Positions 1-13,879 of a stretch of DNA of 64,000 bases are shown here, in pieces. How positions within the stretch are numbered: the stretch's first letter is position 1; each line of letters begins with the position of its first letter. Source of the stretch: Octopus sinensis (Eukaryota). A program made the position numbers and the translations under genes. A model generated the notes under the pieces. It made no database searches. It was not told where the DNA came from and saw only the letters and a program-made list of their open reading frames with translations. The stretch covers positions 1 through 64,000 of the forward strand of contig NC_043024.1 of the NCBI RefSeq assembly GCF_006345805.1, read 5' to 3'.

Positions 1-103
1 TGAGAAATCACTAAAGAAATGTACAATATCGTATATTCTCTCCCGTTGGATCTAATGTGGTCCTTGATCGTTAATTATTGTGGAATTCATAATTATTTAA
101 AGC

Positions 104-290
104 AGGCGGGCTGGCAGAATCGGTATCACACCGGGCAAAATGCTTAGCGGCATCTCGTCCGGCGGGGGATCGACTTTACCTTTGATCCTTTCGGGGTCGA
201 CAAAATAAGTATCAGTTGAACAGTGGGCTCGATTTAATAAACTTACCCCATCCCCTGAACTTGCTGGCCTTGTGCCAAAATTGGAAACCA
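104..290 (+). mobile_element. SINE family C (Meta-domain-like SINE), internally deleted
   Basis: Head GGCGGGCTGGCAGAATCG and core CCTTTGATCCTTTCGGGGTCGACAAAATAAGTATCAG, matching the copy at 52598-52830. Confidence 0.7.
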
Positions 291-416
291 ATATTACATA
301 TTCTCTCGCTTATAAATATGTTAGCAAGAGAAAATAAGATTGTTTAGTAATTTATAATTTAGAAAGACTAGCAACTTGAAGACAATAGTTAAGTTAATGA
401 AGGAACTATTCAAAAA

Positions 417-817
417 GGGCTGTGTAGTAAGTAGCTTGCTTACCAACCACACGGTTCCGGGTCCAGTCCCACTGCGTGGCACCTTGGGCAAGTGTCTTCT
501 ACTATAGCCTCGGGACGACCAAAGCCTTGTGAGTGGATTTGGTAGACGGAAACTGAAAGTAGCCCGTCGTATATATGTATATATGTATATGTATGTGTGT
601 GTATATGTTTGTGTGTCTGTGTCTGTCCCCCAACATCGCTTGACAACCGATGCTGATGTGTTTACGTCCCCGTAACTTAGCGGTTCGGTAAAAGGAGCCC
701 GATAGAATAAGTACTAGGCTTACAATGAATAAATCATGGGGTCGATTTGCTCGACTAAAGGCGGTGCTCCAGCATGGCCGCAGTCAAATGACTGAAACAA
801 GTAAAAGAGTAAAGAGT
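417..817 (+). mobile_element. SINE family B (tRNA-derived, internal TA/TG microsatellite)
   Basis: Head GGCTGTGTAGTAAGTAGCTTGC...GTCCCACTGCGTGGCACCTTGGGCAAG and tail ACAAGTAAAAGAG. Near-identical copies at about 1920-2378(-), 29355-29720(+), 34570-34965(-), 37305-37790(-); partial copies at 26230-26520, 27060-27250, 40738-41040 and 62140-62270. Confidence 0.85.
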
Positions 818-837
818 ATATATATATATATATATAT

Positions 838-1850
838 TGGTAAAACGGTAAGATAACAAAAGAAAGAAAGAGACCTCAATATTATGTAAATAGAGGAAAT
901 TTATCTATACAATAATATGTTACATTACTCGATAGTCAAGATAAAACGATCTTGTGCTGGTCCATTTGTATTAGCACAAGATCGTTTTAGGAAGGATATT
1001 ATCCAGTTATGAAATACTTCGGACTTAGGATAAACTATAGATACTAACCTGACGGTTGTCAATTTTTAGACGTTTCCTTAGATCTAATAAGAATATATAA
1101 GCTTATGGAAGCCCAATGATAGACTAAGTTATATTAATGTAGGTTCATGCCATCCCTATAGTATTCAAAAATTAGCTAAAAAATTAGTAAGAGGGTTTAG
1201 CCCTCCCTCTGATAGGAACATCTTCAATAGCGTTGCCGCAGTTTATAATAAGGCTTAAAGATAGTGGTTTTCAGCGAAACAGAATAATAACACCCATCAC
1301 TAGTCCAACAGTAAGGAAAAGGATAATAGAAATAGGAAGGGTCATATGGTTTACGCCCCCTACTCACCGAGGTGGCCTTCAATATTGGAAAGATTTGGCC
1401 AGATGTAAGCCCTATACAACGGCAGCGGAAGGTGCGGTTTATGCGACATGGAGAGATGGCTTATCTGGAAAAGCAGCTTAGACCCTACTACATGTCTAAA
1501 CACAAGGACAGAACTGTTTTCGGATCATGCCCACATGTCACTAAATTTCTGTACGTTTTTGGTCCCCTAAAGAAAAAGATAGAACATGCTTTCTATGTTA
1601 TGATCCAAGAAATTCTTTATATTTTTAATAATTTTTATATATTTTTTATGTATTTTTATATAATTTTTATGACGAAAAATGCGAGCGATGTATAAGTACG
1701 CGGCAAGCAGGGTTATAACAGAGTAATTTCCCTTTATATAACGGTAATTTTTCATAGCGTTTCAAATAGCCAGATAACGAAGAGATGGTGTTGTGGATTT
1801 CCACTTCGGCATCTGAAACTCAGAGTTTTATCTGACTATCGAGTAATGAA
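838..1850 (+). mobile_element. Penelope-like element remnant: inverted pLTR end, decayed RT C-terminus, hammerhead-bearing pLTR
   Basis: Decayed frames read FLDVSLDL, PNDRLSYINVGSCHP and RVIWFTPP, resembling the PLE RT C-terminal motifs FLDV, YIN.xSNHP and IIWFNPP. 838-945 matches the module ends at 10234 and 51374. About 1600-1850 is repeated at 56880-57120. Flanked by (TA)n. Confidence 0.7.
1772..1833 (+). ncRNA. Type I hammerhead ribozyme, family A (core lacks U4 in this copy)
   Basis: AGATAA C-GAAGA GATG..CATC T GAAACTC A GAGT T TTATCT; stem I AGATAA/TTATCT. Confidence 0.6.
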
Positions 1851-1851
1851 C

Positions 1852-1907
<56 letters not shown>

Positions 1908-2375
1908 TATATATATATTCTCTCTTTTACTCATTTACGACAGTTTTGACTGCGGCCATGCTGGAGCACCGCCTTTTAGTCGAGCAAAATCGACCGCGGA
2001 ACTTATTCTTGTAAGCCAGTACTATTCTATCGAACTCTTTTGCCGAACCGCTAAGTGACGGAGACGTAAACAACCAGCGTCGGTTGTCAAGCAATGCTAG
2101 AGGGACAAACACAGACCACAAACATATACACACACATACATATAATATATATAATATATAGATATAGATATATATATTATATATATATAATTATATATAT
2201 ATATATACATAATATACGACAGGCTTCTTTCAGTTTCCGTCTACCAAATCCACTCACAAGGCTTTGGTCGGCCCGAGGCTATAGCAGAAGACACTTGCCC
2301 AAGATGCCACGCAGTGGGACTGAACCGGAACCATGTGGTTGGTTAGCAAGCTACTTTCCACACACCACTCCTGCG

Positions 2376-2421
<46 letters not shown>

Positions 2422-2546
2422 ATAATATATATTATATATATATATAATATATATAGATATATTATATATAATATATATATATTATATATATATTATATAT
2501 ATATATATTATATATATATATATATATTATATATTATATATATATA

Positions 2547-3027
<481 letters not shown>

Positions 3028-3033
3028 TATATA

Positions 3034-3082
<49 letters not shown>

Positions 3083-3317
3083 CATATAATATATATATAA
3101 GGAACCTTAACAAGAAATTATCAGGTAGTTAGCGTGAAAAAACTCATAAGAGAAAAAATTCGAAAATAATTTTTTTTCTTTTGAAAATTTAATTTATATT
3201 GTATAGAGGGCATTATTACACATAAATGCCTCACACTAAGAATAAGTCATTACTACCAAAATTTCACTAATCGTACCTAATGCAGTTTTCAAAGCAAGAC
3301 ATTTAAAAAAATGAATT

Positions 3318-3382
3318 AGTTCTATATCACCTGTGATTTCACACTTAAACGATAAAATACGTCTATGTTCATCAGTAGAACT
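3318..3382 (-). ncRNA. Type I hammerhead ribozyme (canonical)
   Basis: Minus strand: AGTTCTA CTGATGA ACAT..GTGT GAA ATCAC ag GTGAT A TAGAACT. 7-bp stem I, 4-5 bp stem III, AUA cleavage triplet. Lies in (TA)n-flanked module 3099-3695, which has an ~90-bp direct repeat (3099/3578). Confidence 0.85.
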
Positions 3383-3689
3383 GATTCTGAAACACTCATA
3401 AATAAACGAGCAACATTACCTGGCGAAGTCGAACAGACATCTGCTCTCTCCGGCGAAGCACATGGAGATGTTTATAAATCATATATTCGGTAAATGGCGG
3501 GCTTTCTCGAACTGCATGTCGGGTAGGAAAAGTTTTTCTTCGGAATAAATTTAACAATTAAGGATAACTTCTTAATAAGGAACCTTAACAAGAAATTATC
3601 AGGTAGTTAGCGTGAAAAACCTCATAAGAGAAAAAATTCGAAAATAATTTTATTCCTTTTGAAAATATTAAGAAGTTATCCTTAATTGT

Positions 3690-3725
<36 letters not shown>

Positions 3726-3999
3726 GTTGGTACATGCCAGCAGATGGTGTCTAAACCATTTAGCCTATAGTCAAATCCTATGATACGGCTTGCAGCGGGC
3801 CTTGTTCAGTATTCAACATTGATAAGTCAAAACAACGACGAAACCTTGATGTCTGTCGCTCCGAGAAAAGAGCTGATGTGAGTTGTCTCGCTTGACTATG
3901 ACTTACTTTCAGGTGCTTTTTTTTACACCAAGCGCTTAGAGAATACATTGTCTTACGCATAAAAACCGCAGCCGACCCACGAACTTACAAAACGCATAC

Positions 4000-4036
<37 letters not shown>

Positions 4037-4130
4037 CTCTGACTGTCTGTCTATTTGTGTTCGATTTTGTTTATGTACCTCGAACTGTTTCTAATTCATA
4101 TTTGGAGACACTATAGCAGGACATAATAAA

Positions 4131-4522
4131 TCTGTCTATATATAAATCTGAAGTTGTCTGTGTGTGGAAGGTTTGGTAGCCTTCAACTAACACTATCTCC
4201 TCCGAGACCCTGCGGCGCAAGTCGACCACAATTGAAAGTATGATAGAAGAAGGATTGCTCTTCCTTCCGTACAAGAAAAAATTCAAATCGGACCATGTTA
4301 ACACCAAAAATTATTTACATCAAAAATGTACTTTTTTCTATGAAAATCCCTATTTTTTTACGATTTTTTGACTGCTGTGTCGCCATTTTTCGGTGTATTT
4401 CAACCGGAAAAATGTTCACTTAAAGAGAATAACAAGCTACAAAATGCAAAATTTGTACTTTTCAAAAATTACAATTCTAAAGGGTCGAAACAAATCCGAG
4501 CAACGCCGGGTGATACTGCTAG
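4131..4522 (+). mobile_element. Non-autonomous Helitron-like element
   Basis: 5' TC..TCTATATATAAA, subterminal hairpin CCGAGCAACGCCGGG, 3' CTAG followed by T. The same 3' end recurs at 20660-20688. Confidence 0.6.
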
Positions 4523-4673
4523 TGATATATAAACAGAAATTAGAGAAATAAATACTTAATAAATAATTAGAATCGCTAACAGCGGATCAGTCCACTTAGG
4601 GTAATTCGGGGTAAACCCCGCACAAAAATCCCGGAAAACTCTGTCATCCCCATTGCATGCGAAAGTAATAATG

Positions 4674-4762
<89 letters not shown>

Positions 4763-4804
4763 AATAATAATAATAATGATAATAATAATAATAATGATAA
4801 TAAT

Positions 4805-6662
4805 TTCTACCATGGACACAGGCCTGAAATTTGTGGTGAGTGGGGCTAGTCGTTTATATCGACCTCAGTGCTAAACTCGTACTTATTTTTTTGACCCCGA
4901 GGATGAATAGTAAAGTCAGCCTCAACGAGATTTGAACTCGGGAAGTAAACAACTGGAAGAAATACTGCTAAACATTTTGTCCGTTGCGCTATCAAGTTCC
5001 CTTACTACATTAACAACAACAGCAACAACAGTGGAGACGCAATGGCCCAGTGATTAGGGCAGCGGACTCGCGGTCGGAGGATCGCGGTTTCGATTCCTAG
5101 ATCGGGCGTTGTGTGTGTTTATTGAGCGAAAACACCTAAAGCTCCACGAGGCTCTGGCAGGGGGTAGTGGCGACCCCTGTTGTACTCTTTCGCTCCAACT
5201 TTCTCTCGCTCTTTCTTCCTGTTTCTTGTCCTCGACTTCCTACGCAACCGCTGAGCCTGGATGCGCATTCATCCATCCGTCGATGCTCTCGGTGTCGGGG
5301 GTTGACCTGCTTCCTCTTCTGCGGGTCTTACGAATAGCAAAGGACCACGTTTCGGACTTCTCCCACTACAGACATGGGACGAAGACCGCTTCGCTCAACA
5401 AACAGCAGCAACAACAACATAAACAACAACAACAATAATAACTCTTTCTACAACAGGCGCTAAGTTGAATTTTTAGGGAGGTGGGTAAGTCGATTACATG
5501 AAACCCAAAACTTATTTAATCGTCCCCAAAAGGATAAAAGGCAAAGCCAACCTCGGCGGAATTTGAACCCAGAATGTAAAGCTAGAGCTATCGCGCTGCT
5601 AACAATTTGTCTAGAGTGCTAACGATTCTGCCAGTTCGCAGCCTTAACGATAGTAATAACAAGAATAATTTATTTATCTGCCAGAGGGGCATCAATTGAG
5701 AGTAACGTTACAAGAATAATCCACAATTTGTGAGGGCGTAGCAACAACTGCAACAACAATACTGTTTCGAATTTTTGCACAAGGCCAGCACGTTCGAGGG
5801 AGGGGTAAGTCTATTATATCGACCCCAGTGCTGGACTGGGACTTATTTTTTTCGACCTTGAAACGAGGAAAAACAAAGAGACACCGACAGCATTTCAAAC
5901 TCAGAACGTTAAGTCGGAAGAAATGCCGCTAAGCATTTTATACGGCGCGGCAATGATTTTGCCAGCTGGCCGTCTCAGTAATAGTAACGAAAAAATTTTA
6001 TTTGACAGAGGTGCAGCAATTGAGAGGAACATTACGAGTATAAGGACAGTTCACAATTTGTGTGTGTGTGTGGGGGGGGGGATGTAACTACCATAACAAC
6101 AACAACAACAATAATAATAATAATGAGGATTTCAAATTTTGGCACAAGGCCAGTAATTTCAAGGAAAAGGAGGTAATTCATTACATCGGTTCAACTGTTA
6201 CTTATTTTATCAATCCAAAGAGGATGAAAGGCAAAATTAACCGCGGCGGAATTTGAACTCAGAACGTAAAGACGGACAAAATGTCGCTAAGCATTTTGTT
6301 CGGCGTGCTAATGACTCAGCCAGCTCGCTACCTTAATAATAATAATAACATTCCTTTCTACCAAAGGCACAGGGCCTGAAATTTGGTAGGAGGGGACTAG
6401 TCGCTTACATTAATCCCAGTGTTTCATTGATACTTAATTTATCGACCCCAAAAGGGTGAAAGGCAAAGTCGACTTCGGTGGAATTTGAACTCAGAACGTA
6501 AAGTAGACGTTCTGAGTTCAAATTAGGCTGAGGTCGTCTTTGCCATTCATCCATTCGGGGTCAATAAAATAATCACCAGTTGCACACTGGGGTCAATGTA
6601 ATTGACTTATTCATTCCCACACCGGACTTTCTTGCCTTGTGCCAAAATTTGAAGTCAGTAAT

Positions 6663-6704
<42 letters not shown>

Positions 6705-6936
6705 AATAATAATACTGATAATAATAATAATAATAATAATAATACCTATTTCTTTACTACCCAAAAGGGGCTAAACACAGAGAGGACAAACAAGGACAGA
6801 CAAAGGGATTAAGTCGATTACATCGACCCCAGTGCGTAACTGGTACTTATTTAATCGGCCCCGAAAGGATGAAAGGCAAAGTCGACCTCGGCGGAATTTG
6901 AACTCAGAACGTAGCATTATAATAATAATAATAATG

Positions 6937-6973
<37 letters not shown>

Positions 6974-7363
6974 GAAGAAAATATAAAGACCTACTCATTG
7001 AAATTGAGAAAATGTGGCATCTCAAGGCGGTTACAATACCAGTGATCGTAGGAGCACTAGGAATGATCAAGAAGGGAACCGAAAATTATATGAGAATGAT
7101 CCCTGGCTTACCATCCCTGCAAGAAGTGCAAAAGATTGTCTTAACTGGTACATCACACGTATTGAGAAGAGCATTGTCGATGTGAGAACTGTTGCTGCTC
7201 ATGCATTTTAATTTAACTTTAAAAAAAAAAAAAAAAAAAAAATTAACGAACTACTGAGTTTGGTTTAATGGCCTACCAATATACACTATGAGTTTCTTTG
7301 CCCTAGGAGTCGGGAAGACACTCGGCAAGAAATGGAAGAAAATTTGAAAGAAGAAAAAAAAAA

Positions 7364-7406
<43 letters not shown>

Positions 7407-7565
7407 TACCTATTTCTTTACTACCCAAAAGGGGCTAAACACAGAGAGGACAAACAAGGACAGACAAACGGATTAAGCTGATTACATCGACCCGGTACTC
7501 AACTGGTACTTATTTAATCGGCCCCGAAAGGAATGAAAGGCAAAGTCGACCTACTCAGAACATAG
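4805..7565 (-). mobile_element. Cluster of about 8 SINE family C copies separated by (AAT)n/(AAC)n
   Basis: Repeated GATGAAAGGCAAAGTCGACCTCGGCGGAATTTGAACTCAGAACGT at about 4900, 5530, 5880, 6220, 6455, 6870 and 7530; one copy in + orientation at 6510-6655. Confidence 0.85.
6973..7363 (+). mobile_element. 3' end of an R4/Dong-like non-LTR retrotransposon (RLE endonuclease C-terminus)
   Basis: KYKDLLIEIEKMW..TIPVIVGALG..QKIVLTGTSHVLRR matches the C-terminus typical of R4-clade elements. A-rich tail; (TAA)n on both sides. Confidence 0.75.
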
Positions 7566-7566
7566 C

Positions 7567-7619
<53 letters not shown>

Positions 7620-8010
7620 CGCATAAATACCTGTAAATGCAAGACAAAGTAGAATAATCAAGCTTGATGCTAAGAGATAGACCATATTTAAATTAAGAAC
7701 CTAAAACATGTCTGCGAAAGTCTTTTTATACCAGGAACGAATGGCAAATTATACTGGAGAAATCATTCGCACTTAACAGATGTCATGACACGATTGCGTT
7801 TTCAAATCGACCAGGCGTCGGTTCAATACGGTCTTTGTATACTGCAGTCTTTTCAAATGCTCTATGGCCTTTGTTAAAGAAAAACGGTTAGCAAAGTGGT
7901 TTCTTTCGTAGTCTGAAATATTGAAAATTCTTCCCACTTTTCTTCTCTTTCTCTTTTCCATTCTCTGTATTCATCTCTCCTTCATTCTCTCTCCTCTCTC
8001 TCTCTCTCTC

Positions 8011-8050
<40 letters not shown>

Positions 8051-8412
8051 CATTTTCTTTTACCTCTGTCAGTCTCTATCTGCCTTTCTGTATATCTGTC
8101 TCTCTCTCTTTCTCTCGGTCTCTCTTTGGCTCTAATCAACTCCGTATCCATTCATCCACTCATTCATTCATATATACATAGATACATGCATATATACGTA
8201 CACATATACACACCCATACATATATACAATTATATAGAATTGCATTTGTCGGAGTTATAGATATTTTAAAGGTACTGTATTCTTTGTTCTTTACATAATT
8301 GCATCACACACACACATACACACGCATACACGCACATACACACACTCACACATGCATACACACTGATATTACATACATATAATCGTACATGTACGTACAT
8401 ACATATTACATT

Positions 8413-8447
<35 letters not shown>

Positions 8448-8462
8448 CACACATACATATAC

Positions 8463-8524
<62 letters not shown>

Positions 8525-8670
8525 GCAGTCAAGAATGCTTATTTCTATCAACTTGACTGCTATTCTATTTTTCGGTATGCGGTCAAGCAACTGTTTGCCT
8601 GTCCCTTTCTATATACAATATATATATATATATGTATGTAGTATCTTGCACAGGTATAGATATATAAATA

Positions 8671-8768
<98 letters not shown>

Positions 8769-8770
8769 AT

Positions 8771-8874
<104 letters not shown>

Positions 8875-8911
8875 ATGTATGTATCTATGTACAGGTATAG
8901 ATATATAAATA

Positions 8912-8992
<81 letters not shown>

Positions 8993-9413
8993 CAGGCATA
9001 TATATGTGTGTGTGTGGTGAGAGCTATATTTCTGAAGAAGTAAATTAGATGGTAAAAAAATAACTAAAAACAAACCATCAACAAACAATAACAATAGCAA
9101 AAAAAAAAAACCAACTAAACCAAAGGCTCTGGTTTGCGTCTGGGACGTTTAGTATAAGTATATCGATTGAAGGTTTTGTTCTGTTTAATCAAATTAAAAT
9201 CAAATATGCCAGTGTACTGTTAGTCTGGCTATCTCTTTACCTGTAGTCAGCGTGTCTGACAACCAGTCCGAAATATTATATTCAAATTTGTAGAATGAAA
9301 CCAATATTGTAATAATGGCGCCATTTATATAGGTCATTCAAGCGATTCTATAGGCGCAGCCGTAAGATAATGACTAGGCTGAGAGACACAGTTTGAGTAT
9401 ACAGGGAAAATGC

Positions 9414-9484
<71 letters not shown>

Positions 9485-9488
<4 letters not shown>

Positions 9489-10198
9489 TAAAACTGAGAA
9501 TGTGTGTCTGTCTGTCTGTCTGTCTGTGTGTTTCCCTAAAACTTCAGAACTACACAACCAATTTCATTCAAATTTTACACATGCCTTACTTAGGGTCCAT
9601 GTAGTTTCATGGGCAAAAAAAAGTTCAACTTCTTGCCTAGAGCGAGCCCATAGCAATATATCTTCTCCAATATTTCAGTATTACGTATTAAAAGTGAAAC
9701 AAAAATATTTCTCTATTTTATGTCAAATGCTTTAACAATAAAAATAATAACAATTGAATTATATGTAGTAAGTAATAATTAAAATCAAACTAAAGTATAA
9801 TATAATCGTAACATACAAAAGTAAAAATAGCAATTGGTATAAAATTACATCAATGACTTGAACTTGAGTAAGTGGTTTCACATGAATAGGAATAAATAAA
9901 AAATATAATTAGCGTGCAGAAATGGAATAGTCCAGATGGATAATAAAAAAATTAATTAAAGAAAAGACTATTGTCTATAAAGTATACAATGTAGAGAAAA
10001 AAGAAGAGCTAACAATTCCAGTCTGTTATATATTTTGAGTATTGTTATCAGTAGCGATATTAAGATATAACTTTGTATTTTGCATTTTATGTGTAGATGT
10101 ATATATATAGATGTACATGTAATATGTACACATATATATATACACATATATACATGCACTAGCACTATGACTTGGCAACAACGGGTCTTTAATGCTAG
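9485..10198 (+). mobile_element. Helitron-like non-autonomous element
   Basis: 5' TATATTAAAACTGAGAATGTGTGTCTGTCTG; 3' hairpin TGACTTGGCAACAACGGGTC followed by CTAG. A related end occurs at 21970-22008. Confidence 0.5.
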
Positions 10199-10331
10199 TA
10201 TATATATATTATATATATATATATACATATATATTGATAAAACGGTAAGATAACAAAAGAAAGAGACCTCGATATTATGTAAATAGAGGAATTTATCTGT
10301 AAATGTATATGTGACAATTATTCGGTAGCAA

Positions 10332-10394
10332 AGATAAAACTCCGAGTTTCGTATGCCGAGGTGGAAATCCACGCCACCATCTCTTCAGTTATCC
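10332..10394 (-). ncRNA. Type I hammerhead ribozyme, family A
   Basis: GGATAA CTGAAGA GATG..GTGGA tt TCCAC..CATAC GAAACTC G GAGT T TTATCT. Lies in fold-back module 10234-10486; the + arm lacks CUGAAGA. Confidence 0.75.
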
Positions 10395-11611
10395 GGCCAT
10401 TTAAGGGATGGTGGCGTGGATTTCCACCTCGGCATCCGAAACTCGGAGTTTTATCTTGGCTACCGAATAATAGTCACATATTACATATATATATATACTG
10501 ACCGGCAGGGACAATACACGGTGTGAAATTCATTTTATAATCTCAAACATTAGCCTTTCGCTATCTGTTTATTCTCTCTCTCTTTCTCCTCCGCCCTTTT
10601 ATCCAAAACGTTGGGTTTTTTTTTCACGGCTAGCTATCTATATGTAGATATTAGCTGCATGGACAAGCACAGTGAATTGGAGAGGATCTGGGTGTTGCTA
10701 ATCTGTATATATCTTTACCTGTGGTCTATATGACTAATTACCTGTCCGAAATATTACATTTAAATTTGTAGAATGAACGGCGCGTCAACAGACCTTGTAC
10801 CATGTCCGGCCTGGCGGAACTTGCGCTTCCATTCACCATTTAATATATTCCTTAACTTTCATCTGGACCTGAAATGTGTTTGCTTGGATACTGATCGACA
10901 ACAGCATTGATCCGCCTATTGTCTGTAAGCCTTGTAATGTGTCCGGTGTTGCGAAACTTCAGCTTACAATTTCCCCCTTGATTTAAAGTTTCCTTCTAGA
11001 GAGTCATACCGACTCATAAGGGCTGGTTTCCTGGTTTCCATGGTTCATAAATTCCCCACGTGGACGGGACGCCGGTCCGTTGTAGGAGTGGTCATTTATT
11101 CCAGCTCAGTTGAGTGGAGCAACGTGAAATGAAATGTTTTGCTCAAGAACATAGCGTGTCGCTCGGTCCAGGGATCGAAACCACAATCTCCCGATCATGA
11201 GTCCAACACTCTAACAACTAAGCCACGCGCCCCCACTCACCTTGATGTCGCTTTTTTTGATACCACTGGAAAACTAAATGGCTCCACCCTTTTCCTGTAA
11301 GCCTTGTGATGGCAGAACTTTTGGTATTTCATTCGACCAGATATGGTTTAAGGTTTACAGATAGCAGAAAGATGTATAGTCGTAAGATATTTGAGACGGA
11401 GAATAGAACGTTTCATCTTGAAAGAAGCAAACAGGACGTGAGTTCAATCCCTGACACTTTCCTACCTGAAAAATGTTTGTAACATCTCCATTAGCGTCTA
11501 TTTGTCTAAAGACGGACTTCCCAGTCATATGAGATTATTTCATGACGGCATAGACTTCTTTTATAAACGAATGGCAATCACCACGGCCATATATATATAT
11601 ATCTATATCTA

Positions 11612-11731
<120 letters not shown>

Positions 11732-11756
11732 CGAACGAAAATATATATATATATGG

Positions 11757-12097
11757 CTGGAACGAAAACAATTGCAGCGTGGAAGGTGTTTATAAGCCAT
11801 TTAAGAAACACACAAAACCGTTAGATTCACTTCAACATTTAAATTTAATTTGACAAAATATTTTCGTCGCTTTGAAAATGTTGAAGTGAGTCTAGCGGTT
11901 TTGTGTGTTTCTTAAATGACTTATAAACACCTTCCACGCTGCAATTGTTTATATATATATTAATAGTTATCGCCATACTAATATGGCAGTCTATAAATAA
12001 GACTAAATAGACTGCCATATTAGTATGGCGATAACTATTAATATCCAGTAACGCTGCCGTAATCTCCTTTAGAGAGACTTAGTAATTTTAATATTTC

Positions 12098-12100
<3 letters not shown>
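11757..12100. repeat. Two adjacent (TA)n-embedded fold-back modules
   Basis: 11766-11840 is inverted against 11876-11950, and 11960-11992 against 12006-12042. The first family recurs at 29760-29950. Confidence 0.8.
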
Positions 12101-12184
<84 letters not shown>

Positions 12185-12219
12185 AAAAGGAGATGTGGAA
12201 CACGAGTTGTGATATATAA

Positions 12220-12553
12220 AAAAAGGAAATGAAGAAAATGCTGACAAAATAATTTAAGTAAGGGAGAGTGTATTTAATTAGGTGAAAGTTCTTTTTACCG
12301 GTTGTGCATTTGTTATGCTTATCAAAAGATATTTTTAAGAGAGATAGAGTTCCTTTCTGATAGATTTTTTTCTCTTATCTGTTTTTTCTCTTATCAGATA
12401 AGAGAAAAAAAATCTATCAGAAAGGAACTCTATCTCTCTTAAAAATACATCTTTTGATAAGCATAACAAATGTGCAACCGGTAAAAAGAACTTTCACCTA
12501 ATTAAATACACTCTCCCTTACTTAAATTATTTTGTCAGCATTTTCTTCATTTC

Positions 12554-12558
<5 letters not shown>
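12220..12558. repeat. Fold-back module with degenerate hammerhead-like motif
   Basis: About 165-bp inverted arms. + arm reads TCTT TTGATAA GCATA..TGTGC AACCGGTA AAAAGA, with palindromic ACCGGT. Confidence 0.7.
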
Positions 12559-12598
<40 letters not shown>

Positions 12599-13170
12599 GT
12601 GGAGGCTCAATGGCCAGTGGTTAGGGCAGCGGCTCGCGGTCATAGGATCGCAGTTTCAATTCCAAGACTGGGCGATGAGAGTGTTTTATTAAGCGAAATC
12701 ACTTAAAGCACCACGAGGCTCCAGCAGCGGGGTGGTGGCGAACCCTGCTGTATTCTTTCACCACAACTTTCTCTCACTCTTTCTTCTTGTTTCTGTTGTG
12801 CCTGTATTTCAAAGGGCCAGCCTTGTCACACTCTGTGTCGCGCTGAATCTCCCCGAGAACCATGTTAAGGGTACACGTGTCTGTAGAGTGCTAAGCCACT
12901 TGCACGTTAATTTCACGAGCCGGCTGTTCCGTTAATTGGATCAACTGGAACCCTCGTCGTCGTAACCGACGAGCAATTATATATTTATGTCTCTTCTATT
13001 GTTTAATTATTATAAATCTTCCACTGAGGAGGGAGTCAGTTTCCAACAAAGATACAAGGCTCTATCTTTGGGATGTAGTTAAAACAAGCAAATTCACATT
13101 TGGAACTTCAGAAAAGTCTTGCATATTTTACTGTTCCACTCAAAATATGTCTGTCTGTGTTATCTATCTG

Positions 13171-13204
<34 letters not shown>

Positions 13205-13375
13205 CTAAGCTATCTCATCTACTATCTATCTATTTAATCTATCTATTCTGTCTTCTGTCTGTCTGTTCTGTCTGCGTCTGTCTGTCTATCTATCTATCTA
13301 TCCATCCATCCATCTATCTATTCTAATCATCTATATTATCTATCATCGATCTATATCTATCTAATCTATCTATCT

Positions 13376-13438
<63 letters not shown>

Positions 13439-13512
13439 GTCTGTCTGTCTGTCTGTCTGTCTGTGTCTGTCTATCTATCATCCATCCATCCATCTATCTA
13501 TCTATCTATCTA

Positions 13513-13554
<42 letters not shown>

Positions 13555-13879
13555 ATATCTCTATCTATCTATCTATCGAATCTATATCTATCTCTCTATC
13601 TATCATCTATCTTCTATCATCGATCTATCTAGCTCCTATCTATCATCTATCTATCTATCTATCTATCTATCTATTGACGGATGTGATGATCCAGTTCAGC
13701 TCTGAAGGTAATCATTTATTTTGACTATTTATAGGCCAATTTTTGTGTAGATTTTTGCAAATAAGGTGTGTAAGCAACCAACTTTCGTTTGAGTGCTTTT
13801 CCAAGGGAGGATTGGAATTCGCCCTAAGGGCAGTTTCGACCCCATTTCATTTCTGTAATTTTCTTCTCGACATTAGAAA

